From contig NC_086108.1 of the NCBI RefSeq assembly GCF_963921235.1, positions 86,182,001 through 86,246,000 on the forward strand: a DNA stretch of 64,000 nt, written 5' to 3'. The DNA comes from Mobula hypostoma. Its lineage: Eukaryota. The translations under genes were made by a program, and so were the position numbers. Shown here piece by piece: positions 12,945 through 25,635 of the stretch (the first letter of the stretch is position 1; every line of letters starts with the position of its first letter). The notes below the pieces were generated by a model that was not told where the DNA came from, made no database searches, and worked only from the letters and a program-made list of their open reading frames with translations.

Positions 12945-14393
12945 AAAGGCAATGATAATCCTAGTGCCGAAGAAGAGCAAGGTGGCATGCCTGAATGACT
13001 ATCGGCCTGTGGCTCTGACATCAATTGCTATGAAGTGCTTCGAGAGATTGGTTATGGCACACATCAACCACAGCCTACTGGTCAACCAGGACACCTTGCA
13101 ATTCGCCTACCGGAGCAACTGGTCAACGGCAGATGCCATCTCTTTGGCCCTACATTCCTCCTTAGAACACCTGGAGAATAAAGACGCATACGTAAGGCTC
13201 CTCTTCATTGACTACAGCTCTGCCTTTAATACCATCATTCCAAGTAAACTGATTCCTAAGCTCTGGAACCTGAGTTTAGCACTCAGATCTGCAGCTGGAT
13301 CTTCAACTTCCTCACAGATAGGACCCAGGCTGTAAAAATAGGGGACAAGCTCTCCTCTACAATCACTCTGAGCACCGGTGCCCCACAAGGCTGTGTACTC
13401 AGCCCCCTGCTGTACTCACTGTACACCCATGATTGTGTAGCCAAGTTTCCATCAAACTCAATATATAAGTTTGCTGATGACACAACAATTGTAGGCCGTA
13501 TCTTGGGTAATGATGAGTTTGAGTACAGAGAGGAAATTAAGAACCTGGTGGCATGGTGTGAAGACAATAACCTATCCCTCAACGTCAGCAAGACAAAGGA
13601 ATTGGTTGTTGACTTCAGAAGGAGTAGCGGACATCGGTGGTGTGCAAGTGGAACAGGTCAAAAGCTTTAAGTTCCTCGGGGTCAATATCACAAATGACCT
13701 GACTTGGTCCAACCAAGCAGAGTTCACTGCCAAGAAGGCCCACCAGCGCCTTTACTTCCTGAGAAAACTAAAGAAATTTGGCCTGTCCCCTAAAACCCTC
13801 ACTAATTTTTATAGATGCACCGTAGAAAGCATTCTTCTGGGGTGCATCACAACCTGGTATGGAAGTTGTCCTGTCCAAGACCAGAAGAAGCTGTAGAAGA
13901 TCATGAACACGGTGCAGCACATCACACAAACCAATCTTCCATCCTTGGACTCACTTTACACCACACGCTGTTGGAGCAGTGCTGCCAGGATAATCAAGGA
14001 CACGACCCACCCAGCCAACACACTTTTCATCCCTCTTCCCTCTGGGAGAAGGCTCAGGAGCTTGAAGACTCGTACGACCAGATTTGGGAACAGCTTCTTT
14101 CCAACTGTGATAAGACTGCTGAACGGATCCTGACCCAGATCTGGGCCGTACCCTCCAAATATCCGGACCTGCCTCTCGGTTTTTTTGCTCTCCTTTACTT
14201 TCCATTTTTCTATTTTCTATTTATGATTTATAATTTAAAATTTTAATATTTACTAATTTTTCCTATTTCTAATATTTTTAATATTTAATATTTGTAATCC
14301 AGGGAGTGGAAAGCACAGAATCAAATATTGCTGTGCTGATTGTATGTTCTAGTATCAATTGTTTGGAGACAATAAAGTATAAAGTATGAAGTA
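12945..14393 (+). mobile_element. Rex1/Babar LINE, 5'-truncated, frameshifted
   Basis: [47 protein letters not shown] and LPSGRR motifs. The tail is AATAAAGTATAAAGTAT. Confidence 0.9.
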
Positions 14394-14809
14394 TATATTA
14401 AGTTTCATCATTGGAGTAGACGCACTGGATGGAGAAAGTGGAAGAGTGGAATGGAAAACAGAACGGAAGTAGATATAATTGAGATAGCTGTAGGTGTTGG
14501 GGGATCTTCTAATGGAATTTGGTTTCTACCCTATCCCCTTAGATAAAAATAAATATGTCAGAATTGGGAAGGAAATAGTTAGCTCTGGATCATGTAAACT
14601 TAGGGCTAGGTGGAAAATGAGAGTTTAGGCAATGACTTTTATTTCAATTCTGTAAGAATGTAGGAAACAGTGGCAATGCAGAATGGGGAAGGAGCTGAGG
14701 GAAGGAGTTTGAATAGGACTGAAATAAACACAGTTCCATCAATGCATAAGAAGGCAGGCTTAGCCTGGGCTTTTGTGAATTTTAAATGGAAAACATGTGA
14801 ATAAGTTCA

Positions 14810-15209
14810 CAAACACAAGGAATTCTGTGGATGCTGGAAATTCAAGCAACACACATCAAAGTTGTTGGTGAACGCAGCAGGCCAGGCAGCAACCCTAGGA
14901 AGCGGTACAGTCGACATTTCGGGCCGAGACCCTTCGTCAGGACTAACTGAAAGAAGAGCTAGTAAGAGATTTGAAAGTGGGAGGGGGAGGGGGAAATCCA
15001 AAATGATAGGAGAAGACAGGAGGGGGAGGGATGGAGCTAAGAGCTGGACCGTTGATTAGCAAAAGGGATATGAGAGGATTATGGGACACGGGGGGGGGAG
15101 GTGGGGCATTAGCGGAGGTTTGAGAAGTCAATGTTCATGCCATCAGGTTGGAGGCTACCCAGACAGAATATAAAATGTTGTTCCTCCAACCTGAGTGTGG
15201 CTTCATCCA
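14810..15209 (-). mobile_element. Younger Penelope-like element 3' end (GIY-YIG C-terminus + pLTR)
   Basis: The minus strand encodes DEATLRLEEQHFIFCLGSLQPDGMNIDFSN. A 12-bp TSD TGAATAAGTTCA lies at 14798-14809 and 15210-15221. Confidence 0.85.
14907..14947 (-). ncRNA. Minimal type I hammerhead ribozyme motif
   Basis: Minus strand reads UUAGUC-CUGACGA-A-GGGU(CUCG)GCCC-GAAA-U-GUC-GACUGU. The core boxes, stem II and stem I (AGUC/GACU) are present; stem III is minimal. Confidence 0.75.
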
Positions 15210-15471
15210 TGAATAAGTTCATTGGCTTAAGAAAGCCTTCTTCAAGTGAAGGAGACCTGGTTAGGTGTCCTTTCAAGAAGGAAGAGAAGGAGCCTCAGTC
15301 TACACTGGTGCAGGATGAAGGTTATGGAGTCATTGAGCACAGAAACAGTTTTTTTGCCCCAAATGATCCATGCGAACCAAAATTCCTATCTAAGATAGTC
15401 CCAATGGCCTGTGTTTGGCTCATATCTCTCTCTTTTCCTATTCATGCATCTTCCCAAACACCAATTAAATG

Positions 15472-16205
15472 TTCAAAGGTTCAAAGGTCCAATTTAATGT
15501 CAGAGAAATGTATACAATATACATCCTGAAATGGCTTTTCTTCACAAACATCCACAAAACAGAGGAGTGCCCCAAAGAATGAATGACAGTTTAACGTGAG
15601 AACCCCAAAGTTCCCCCCAGCTCCCCCCTCCTGCACATAAACAGGAGTGAGCAACAATCCCTCCTCCCCACCCACTGGCAAAAAAAAGCAAAGCATTGGC
15701 ACTGCCACCGAGCACTCAGGCGTGAACAAAGCAATAGGAAAGAAACAGACTTGCAGTTACCCCAAAGACTTGGTGTTTCTCCTGGCATTCAACATACCAC
15801 AGGTTCTCTCTGGCCATATAAGGGAGAAGGAGGTGTTTCCATTTTCCCAGCGAGCAGGGTGATATTACAAACAACTCTTTGGTTTACTATGTTAAAAGTC
15901 CGTTACGTCGCTTTTATGAGCTCTGTGCCTGAAGATTGCAAAGATCTCAGGTCTTCGGGCACACAGCAGTAGATTTTCTGATTCCCTTGATGACACACAG
16001 GTCTCCTGCCGTGACACCGACCCTTGATCCGCCCGTCTCCAGAGCCCTGTGATCTTAGGCTTCCAAATCTAAACCGGACTCTCAGGCCTTCAAAACAACC
16101 CTGAAAGTGAAAAATAAAGGTATTAAAGATGGAAATAGAGCTGTTTCCAAAGATGCAAGCAAAAGAGTTGCTGTTTAGCGCCAGCTTAACTTCGCTTCGC
16201 CTTCC
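15472..16205 (-). mobile_element. Non-autonomous retroelement (no ORF; LINE-like tail) inserted in a CR1 3' fragment spanning ~15325-16380
   Basis: Homologous to 34480-35342. The tail is CCTTTGAA repeats and the 5' end is GGAAGGCGAAGCGAAGTTAAGCTGGCGC. Confidence 0.6.
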
Positions 16206-18967
16206 AAAGTTAATGTTGATGTACCTGCCTCAATTATTTTCTCTAGCAGCTCATTCCATAGACTGAAACTTCTCTATGTGAAAGTGTTGATCCTTAGGAT
16301 CCTATTAAATCTCCCCCCTGTCATATTAACCCTATGTCCTTTAAGTTCTTAGTTCCCCAACCCTGTGAAAAAGACTGTGCATAAACTCTAACTATATGTG
16401 TAGAGGATTCAATGTCCATGGTGAAAATGGCAGCAAAAAATTATAAAAATAGTGTTGGGTAACAGAGTTTCATGGACGTATGAGGGAAGTGACTGGGCAC
16501 AGGAAGGTAGGAAGGAAAAATTATGTTCTGAGACAAGTCCACCAGGACAGTTCTGCCTCTGGTTCTTGGAAAGAAACTTAAAGCTAGTTGCTCCCAGATA
16601 GAGGGCTGTATGGGCTGGCCATGGAGGAATTAAAATAAGGGGCAAAAAACATCTAACTGGAATGAGTTAACGACAGTGGAAGGAGCCAAACCAGATGTCT
16701 TTGTTTTTGCCATGTAGTTGAAAGAATGGTGGTTGCCATTTTGTGAAACTGCTTTCCAGTCTCCATTTTATGAAATATCTTGTGAATTGTTTTTTCTCAG
16801 GAATAGCTGTATCAAGGCAGTTTAAAGTGGACCCAATAAGGATCATGATAATCTGCTGAACTAGAGATTATTTCCAAATATAAAGTTATTAGTGATATGT
16901 TCTTTGTTAAGATAGAACATACAAGGTTATCAATAGGGCAGTCTGTATCTGACCTGAGTAACCCAATACTAAGAATTGGTTGATCTGCTCTGATTCAGAA
17001 CAAAGACACGTTAATTACAAGTTGTTAGAAGGGCAGTAAATGATGCTGGCTTAGACCAGAGCCGATGGAAAACTGACACAAATTAGCCAGGTAGACCAGA
17101 GCCAATGACATTGAAACACAGCACGTGAATAGATAACGAAATATTAATATTAATGCAGGTCTTCCAATTCAAAGCAGTAAGAATGCTGGAAACTAATTAT
17201 TACAAGGAAGACAACCCCACCCTCCCCATGCCCAGGGCTGGGAGAAGGATCAATTGATTGGCCAATGGGAGATCCCCTATTTCTGTGTTATAAATAGAAG
17301 TTATCTGTGTGTATAATGGAAGTAGAACTCATGTTTTAAATTGTTGGCCTGGGATCAATATAGTTACATTGATATTGGGCAGAAACAATAAAGTGCAAGA
17401 TTTGACTTAATTAACAATTGTGTAGTGAAATGTCTAACCTAGATCAGTTGATAATAGGTCAAGTTGAGGCTGGAAGCTATGGAGGCAGGTTTTCCAGAGA
17501 AAATGAGATCAGTGGTTCTTGGGGAGACAGTGGCCCAGAAGGAGGTATGAAGCAATGATTTTTGACTTTTGTGATATATAGGTCAATTCAACAAACCTCA
17601 ACAGCACTGCCCTTAGCAGTAGGTTTCTGATGATATTGGGTTGAATGTGCAGAGTGCTGCAAGATAGGAAGATCAGAGTGAATAACAGCAATGGGAAAAC
17701 TGGCATGGTCAATACTCTGTTGAGAGCTAGTGATGAATGGACTTACAGAAAGTAAGAGGATCAGAATTTATTGAGGCAGGAGAAAGTATATGCAGTCAGA
17801 ATGGAGAATCCTGGTCAAAGAAATGGACAGGGAGCTGAAGACAGCTGAAGAAAATAACAATATCATATTGAACTCGGAACTCATTACGTTGGGGCCATGG
17901 AGAGGTAAAGCCGAGGCCTCTGCTAAGCATTCAGAATAAGACAGAGCATGATCAAAAGGCATAGTGAAAGCATAGCTGGGCATGGAACTGGCAGAGAGAT
18001 GAGGTCAGAGGAAAGCAAAGGAGAAGAAGGAATCAGAAGAGTAATAGAGTTCACGAGTCATTAAAGTTGGTGAGCTTTGATGCCTGGAAAGAAGAAAACA
18101 AGATTATTTTTGTGAAGAAATGTTGACTGTGGAAAAGTGCAGAGGTGGGCCAAGACAACCTTGACATACAGTGAGTCCAGGCAGTGGGAGTGAGAAGCAA
18201 AGAACATGCATATGTTGGCACATGGCATTAAGAATGGATCTCAGGATATTTTGAGATCAGTGATTAGAGAACCACTGGAGAGTTTGAACATACAGTATCT
18301 GCCACTGTGGATCCATCTAAAATGTTCAGATTGAAATTTCAGCTGGAAGCTATGTTGAATAAGTTGAAACTAAAGACATTTAAGAAAATTATACAAGGTC
18401 CTTGTCTTGTAGTGTCAGGCTGTTGCTTGTCTTTAGATGCGACTTGACCTGCTGAGTGCTTCCAGCATTTCTGTTTGGTTCGCCTTGGCCTTCACTTCTC
18501 ATGAAACATTAACAGAGGCATATTGAACAGTCACTCAGCTTTTATAGCATTAGCTTCAACAGTTTCAGATCATGACCTTTCTCCCCACAGACTGTGATAT
18601 AACTAACAGTAGTGATCACTGGTCTGGCACAAATGTTTTGTGTCTCCGTGCTGTTGTTCTGGATCTTTATTTAAAAAAAAAATCAAAGTGTCTTTCAAAG
18701 CCCTATTGTATAGCAGCAACAAATTTGTCGGGATTTTCTTTCACCTTAAAAGTTATTAATTTTACAAGTGACCTCGAGAAAATATCTATTCTGGGGAATG
18801 TTGACCCCATCAATAACAAATTAAGTTCTCTTTGTTTGTCTTGTTAAAGAGATGTCAAGGTTCATTGAAGTACTTCTGATTTTTTAAATATCATTGATTA
18901 GATTGTTTGTTCTTCATAGTTTTTACTTACATTTGCTTTTCATTGATTTTAATGAACACAAGAATTA

Positions 18968-20695
18968 TAAGAAACATAGGAACATAGAAAACCTACAGCA
19001 CAATACAGGCCCTTCAGCCCACAATGTTGTGCCGAACATGTCCCTACCTTAGAAATTACTAGGCTTATCCATAGACCTCTATTTTTCTAAGCTCCACGTA
19101 CTTATCCAAAAGTCTTTTAAGCAGTGGTCCCCAATCACTGGGCCGCGAAGCATGCAGGGGTGCAGTGGTGGCCGGGACGCACCCAGCACATCTTTAAGGA
19201 AAAAGCATAAATAAACAAGCTAATTAATTAGGTGCTGCTTGGCACATAAATGTCGGCCAGATCAGAGGTGATTGCCAATTCCATAGAGCAAGTGAAATCG
19301 GCAATCGCTTCTGATCTGGGCTGACATTTACATGTCGGGCGGCACCTAATTAATTAGCTTGTTTATTTTGGCTTTTTTCTTAAAAATGTGCTGGGTGCGT
19401 CCCGGCTACCACTGCAACACTATATGCTTCGCAGCCAGGTATCGTTCCGCGGCCCGGAGGTTGGGGACCACTGTCTTAAAAGACCCTATCATATCCGCCT
19501 CCACCACTGTTGCCGGCAGCCCATTCCATGCACTCACTACTCTCTGAGTAAAAAATTTACCCCTGACATCTTCTCTGTACCTACTCCCCAGCACCTTAAA
19601 CCTGTGTCCTCTTGTGGCAACCATTTCAGCCCTGGGAAAAAATCTCTGATTATCCGCACAATCAATGCCTCTCATCATCTTATACACCCCTATCAGGTCA
19701 CCTCTCATCCTCCGTCGCTCCAAGGAGAAAAGGTCAAGTTCACTCAACCTATTTTCATAAGGCATGCTCTCTAATCCAGGCAACATCCTTGTAAATCTCC
19801 TCTTCACCCTTTCTATGGCTTCCAAATCCTTCCTGTAGTGAGACGAACAGAACTGAGCACAGTACTCCAAGTGGGGTCTGACCAGAGTCCTATATAGCTG
19901 CAACATTACCTCTCAGCTGCTAAGTTCAGTTCCATGGTTAACGAAGGCTAATACACCGTATGCCTTCTTAACCACAGAGTCAACCTGCGCAGCTGTTTTG
20001 AGCATGCTATGGACTCAGACCCCAAGATCCCTCTGATCCTCCACACTGCCAAGAGTCTTACCATTAATACTATATTCTGCAATCATATTTGACCTACCAA
20101 AATGAACCACTTCACATTTATCTGGGTTGAACTCCATCTGCAACTTCTCAGCCCAGTTTTGCATCCTATCAATGTCCGGTTGTAACTTCTGACAGCCCTC
20201 CACACTATCCACAATACATCCAACCTTTGTGTCATCAGCAAACTTACTAACCTATCCCTCCATTTCCTCATCCAGGTCATTTATAAAAATCACGAAGAGA
20301 AGGGGTCCCAGAGCAGAGCCCTGAGGCACACCACTGCTCACCGACCTCCATGCAGAATATGACCTGTCTACAACCACTCTTTGCCTTCTGTGGGCAAGCC
20401 AGTTCTGGATCCACAAAGCAATGTCCCCTTGGATCCCATGCCTCCTTACTTTCTCAATAAACCTTGGCATGGGGTACCTTGTCAAATGCCTTACTGAAAT
20501 CCATATACACTACATCTACTACTCTTCCTTCATCAATGTATTTAGTCACATCCTCAAAAAATTCAAATAGGCTTGTAAGGCACGACCAGCCCTTGACAAA
20601 GCCATGCTGACTATTCCTAATCATATTATACCTCTCCAAATGTTCATAAATCCTGCCTCTCAGGATCTTCTCCATCAATTTTACCAACCACTGAA
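18968..20695 (-). mobile_element. 5'-truncated CR1, same family as 1412-5583
   Basis: High nucleotide similarity to 1420-2770 with the same RT motifs. Interrupted by the MITE at 19122-19473. Confidence 0.92.
19122..19473. mobile_element. hAT/Charlie-type MITE with long internal palindrome
   Basis: TIRs CAGTGGTCCCCAA ... TTGGGGACCACTG with a degenerate TTAA-containing TSD. An internal inverted repeat spans ~19160-19415. Confidence 0.8.
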
Positions 20696-21024
20696 GCCTA
20701 CAGGTTCTCAAGCTTCAATAAATTTTAATCAAAAAGCAACTTTTCTTCTTCTTTTTCTGATGTCAGCCCATGTGTGACAAAATAGATTTAGTTCAAACAT
20801 ACTTGAAATAAGTTAAAACAAAATGTTTCTCCAAAATGATCTCTATGTCTGTGGGGGTGGCTCTCTGCAAAGGTTGCAGTCAACAGAAGGCTGATGAAAT
20901 GTAATCTCCACACCAAACTTTGAAAGTCACCATTGTTTTCAATTTCCAGAAACTTAGCAAGTTGTATTAGTTATATGGATAGATAAAGCTGCTATATTTC
21001 TATTATAGATTAATTATGTTGCAA

Positions 21025-21535
21025 GGTATTTGTCAGAGCACACTTGGACTATTGTGAGCAGTTTTGGGCCCCTTAACTAAGAAAGGATGTGCTGCCATTG
21101 GAGGCTATCCAGAGGAGTTTTACGAGAATGATCTTCAGAATGAAAGAGATAATGTATGAGAAGAGTTTGATGATTCTGGGCCTGTACTCAATAGTGTTTA
21201 GTAGAATGAGGGGGGATCTCATTGAAACCTCTTGAATATTGAAAGGCCTAGACAGAGTGGACATGGGGAGGATGTTTCCTGTCGTGGGCAAATCTCAAAA
21301 TAGAAGGATGTCCCCTTAGAACAGAGATGAGAAAGAATTTCTTTAGGCAGAGGATGGTGTACTGTGGAATTCAATGCCACAGATGGCTGTGGAGGCTAAG
21401 ACACTAGGTATATTTAAAGTGGTGGTTGATAGGTTCTTCATTAGTAAGAGCATGAGGAGAAGGCAGGATAATGAAATGGCAGAGCAGACTCAGTGGGCCA
21501 AATTGCCTAATTCTGCTCCTATGTCTTATGGTGCT
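21025..21535 (+). mobile_element. CR1 3' fragment
   Basis: HLDYCEQFWAP..RKD-type coding and a 3' end CCTAATTCTGCTCCTATGTCTTATGG. Confidence 0.8.
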
Positions 21536-21544
21536 ACATGAAAC

Positions 21545-21968
21545 TCAGAGTTATGTAGCACAGTAACAGTCCCTTCAGCCTATCAAATCCACATTGGCCA
21601 TCAAAAATCCACTCACCCTAATGCAGGGGTTCCCAACCTGGGATTCACTGACCCCTTGCTTGACGGCATCGGTCCATGGCTAAAAGCAGGTTGGGAATTC
21701 CTGCCCTAACGCTACACTATTCTATTTTCCTTCCTCACAGATAGTACCACTCAACTACATCAGGGGTGCAATCTACAGTGGTCATTAACTGACCACTTGC
21801 CTATCTTTGTGGTATGGGAGGAAGCCAGATATCCAAGGGAAATCCAAATCCAAGAAGTCACCAGTAGGATGTATTATCTCCACACAGGGAATACCAAAAG
21901 GATAGGAATAAACCCAAGGCACTGGAGCTCTGAGGCAGCTGTTCCACTAACTGTGGCACTGTTCCCCA
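21545..21968 (-). mobile_element. Degenerate tRNA-derived SINE (HE1/V-SINE-like)
   Basis: Similar to 54203-54478, with a tRNA-like head at the right end and a CR1-like tail at the left. Confidence 0.55.
21624..21703. mobile_element. 80-bp hAT MITE
   Basis: TIRs CAGGGGTTCCCAAC / GTTGGGAATTCCTG with an 8-bp TSD CCCTAATG / CCCTAACG. Confidence 0.85.
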
Positions 21969-22994
21969 TTGAATTGATTATAGAGGTGAAGACAAGAGTT
22001 ATCATTGGAATAAAACAAGGAAAGATGATGATATTGGCCATGAATCAGTAAATCCCCTGTAATATATGTTCATGAGGATTAAGGGGCAGAGTAGGTATGC
22101 ATAGAGTTGTGTGGTTAACATTGAGAAATTCTTCTAGGAGGCATGGATGCTGAAAATTTGAAAGAAACACTTAAAGCATAGCAGTTGTGCACTGGCGGTT
22201 GCCACTAACCCCAAGAAGATGGCTGCATTATTCTTTCTGCCTTGCTTACACTCCTGCCAAATGGGCTGATTTGTTGTGCCAACCCTTCAGACACAAAGCC
22301 TCAAAGCCAGGCAGCATGTTGATGATTGTTATTAAACATTCTGTTCACTGCTTGGAGTTCCTCCCGGCTTGGCAACAACAGATGATTGTTTCCACAGGAA
22401 TCCAACAAAATCAGCAGCTGAGGCGAAGCAGAAGGTTGGTCCAATGCAGCTCTCTCAGGGACAATTATTTCTGGCACTGCTGTTCAGTGCAGGAAAGCTG
22501 CTTCTACATTTAGAGAAGTATGGTACTTTTAATTTAATACAGCAGGTTCGATATTAAAATTTTCTGCATGCAATTGCTACTTAACTGCAACATGTGGAAT
22601 AATGACATTCCTCTGCTCAGCATATAATCAAATCAATTATCTGTTCAAAATAAACTATTCCAATTGTTTGGCCCCCACTGATATTCCAGATGCTTCATAC
22701 CTAAGAACAATGTTAATGCAAGGTTAAATCTTAGCAATTTAAAATATATGAATTATTTTGTTTCGTTGTATGTGACCTTTCGCCATTATGTTATGCAAGT
22801 TAATTTTTCAGTATGATTGTATAATGCTCAAGTGGGATAAGATTGTAAATCTAAATATTCGAATCATAGGGATAAAGGCTTGAGTAGATCTGGCACCTAG
22901 TTCGTTTATGTTTCTAACACCAGATCTGGCTGGAACATATCAATGTGTTGACTGTCATTCTGCTCTTCTGAAAATGCACACAACTCCATGATCT

Positions 22995-25110
22995 TACAAA
23001 GTACAAAGTAAATTTATTATTAAAGGACACATACGACACCATATACAGCTGTGAGATTCATTTTATTTCAGCCATACTCAGTAAATCCAAAAAACAATAG
23101 AATCAAGGAAAGACTGCATCCAACAGGATGCACAAGTAACCGATGCGAGAAAATCAACCGTGCAAATATAAAACAAAAAAAGATATAAGATATCATAATA
23201 ATAAATATCAAAAACATGAGATTAAGAGTCCTTGAAAGTGAGTCCGTAGATTGTGGAACAATTCAGCAAAGGGCAAATGAAGTTGAGAGAAGTGAGTGAA
23301 GTTATCCCACAGGTTCAAGAACCTGATCGTAGAGGAGGAATAACTCCTTAACCTAGTCGTGTGAGTCCTGAGGCTTCTGCACCTTTTTCCTGTTGGCAGC
23401 AGTGAGAAGAGAACATGACTTGGATGGTGGAGGTCCCTGATAATGGATGCTGCTTTCCTGTGACAAAGCTCGTGTAGATATACTCAATGGTGGGGAGGAC
23501 TTTACCCGTGATCGACTGGGCCATATCCACAAATTTTTGTAGGATCTTCCATTCAAGAGCATTGGTGTTTCCATACCAGTCTCTGATGCGGCCTGTCAAC
23601 ATATTCTTCACTACATATCTGTAGAAGTGTGTCAAAGTTTTAAATGTCATGCCAAATCTTTGCAAACTTCTAAGGAAGTAGCTGTGCTGTTGTGCTTTCT
23701 TCATAATGACACTTACATGCTGCGCCTCGGGCAGACCTTCTAAAATGGTAACACTGAGGAATTTCAAGCTGCTGACCCTCTCCACCTCTGATCCTCTAAT
23801 GAACACTGGCTCATCCACCTCTGGTTTCCTCCTCCTGAAGTCAATAATCAGCTCCTTGGTCTTGCTGACATTGGTTGGGAGAGTGTTGTTGTGGGACGAC
23901 TCAGCCTGATTCTCAATATCTCTCCTAAATGCTGATTCATCACTACCTTTGATTGGAACAACAGTGGAGTTATCAGCAAATTTAAATATGGCTTTGGAAC
24001 TGGCCTCAGCTACATGGTTATAAGTGTAAAGCAAGTAGAACAAGGGGCCAAGCACGTAGGCTTGTGGTAAACCTGTGCTGATGGAGATCATGGAGAAGGT
24101 GTTGTTGCCAATCCAAACTCAGTGGGGTCTGCAAGAGAAAAAGACGAGGATCCATTTGCACAAGGAGGTACAAAAGCCAAGGTTTTGAAGCTTATTGATA
24201 AGCTTTGAGGGAATGATGGTATTGTATCATCACTAACCACTTAATCACAGTGTATGTAAATGCTACTGTACGATAGTCCATGAGATAGGTTACCACGTGC
24301 TTCGTAGGCACCAGTGTAATTGAAGTCTGCTTGAAACAGGTGGGTAGCTCAGATACTAAAGTGAAAGGTTAAAGGTATCAGTGAACACTCCAGCCAGTTG
24401 ATCAGCACAGGTCTTCAGTACTCAGCCAGACACCCCGTCCGGGCTGGATGTTCACCCTCCTGAAGGATGTTCTCATGTTGGCCTCAAAGTCTGAAATCAC
24501 AGGGTCATCGGCATCTGTGGGAGTTTGTGAGGTTCCTACATGCTTTGACGATCAATGTGAGCATAGTAGGCACTGAGCTCATCTGGAAGTGACGCCCTAT
24601 TGCCACCTATGCCACTCGATTTCACTTTGTAAGAGGTTATAAATTGCATTCAAACCCCGCCACAGCTGTTGAGCATCTTCAGGAATTCAAGTTTAGTGGA
24701 AATTGCCACTTCACCCATGAGATGGCTTTCCAGAGATTGTACCTGAACCTGTGTATCTTACTTGGTCAACAGCCCTGAATGTTTCTGATCTGCCCCTCAG
24801 TAGACTGCGGATCTCATGTTTCATCCAGGGCTTCTGGTTGGGAAATCTCTGAATAGGGACACACTTATCTATGACTGTTTTCATCAAGTATGTGACAACC
24901 TCTCAGGAGTCCATTCTCCATTCCTTTTTACCTCCACATTGCATCTATCACAGTCCACCAACTTGAAACAATCCCATAGCTCCCCCTGTGACCACCTCTT
25001 TGTTGTCCTCATTTCTAGAGCCTTGCTCTTTAGCCTCTTATCAAAAAGGCTCAGCAGAGGTTATACTTCTAATGCCAGCTCAGGAAGTACAACCTGCCTC
25101 AGGAGCTGCT
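22995..25110 (-). mobile_element. Rex1/Babar LINE fragment
   Basis: ORF 23348-24091 has TGLPQAYVLGP, KFADN and [14 protein letters not shown]. The tail AAAGTACAAAGTAAATTTATT lies at ~22998. Confidence 0.8.
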
Positions 25111-25119
25111 GATTCAATT

Positions 25120-25635
25120 CTATTCAGGAATAATCCAGTCTGTTCTCTGTTCGTCCATCACTGTCTGGTTTGGATCAGCTACCAAACAAGACAAGAATAG
25201 ACTCCAAAGAACCATCAGGGCTGTAGAAAGGATTATTGGTGTGAAGCTGCCCTCAATCCTGGACTTATATGCATCTAGAGTCAGGAAGCGAGCAAGCAGC
25301 ATCATTGTAGACCCATCACACCCTGGACATCACCTGTTCCAACTCCTTCCTTCTGGTAGGTGCTTTAGATCACTGTATGCCAAGACAAATAGGTACAAGA
25401 ACAGTTTCTTTCCATATGCCATCAGTCTTATGAACACTTGAATTTTAGTCTATTATAAACAAAGTCCACCTGTACATACACAGGTATACCTCATTGTATA
25501 TAGTTCACAATTATTTGCACTATTGTTTTGTTTACTTTTTGATTCTGTACAGCGAGAGCTCAGGGAAATCAGCATCAAATTCCCTGTATGTGTCCACATA
25601 CTTGGCGATAATGAAGGATTCTGATTCTGATTCTC
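25120..25635 (+). mobile_element. Rex1/Babar 3' fragment
   Basis: DPSHPGHHLFQLLPSGRCFRS..KTNRYKNSFFP coding and an (ATTCTG)n tail. Confidence 0.8.

Larger units (their letters stand above)
14400..18350 (-). mobile_element. Ancient decayed Penelope-like element (RT region) with several nested insertions
   Basis: Manual minus-strand translation across frameshifts gives PLE-like motifs in order: NPNII.KP..KG.AV (~17600), QNCPG...AQSLPSYV.ET...FTMDIES-LYT (16385-16560), HQ..LR...FFLE..PNQ (~15260-15315) and FH.ALKFT (~14600). Confidence 0.6.

Noticed and set aside
22398..22521. Possible host coding exon (open frame after TTTCCACAG)
   Set aside because: The peptide is not recognisable, the donor is weak and no partner exons were found.
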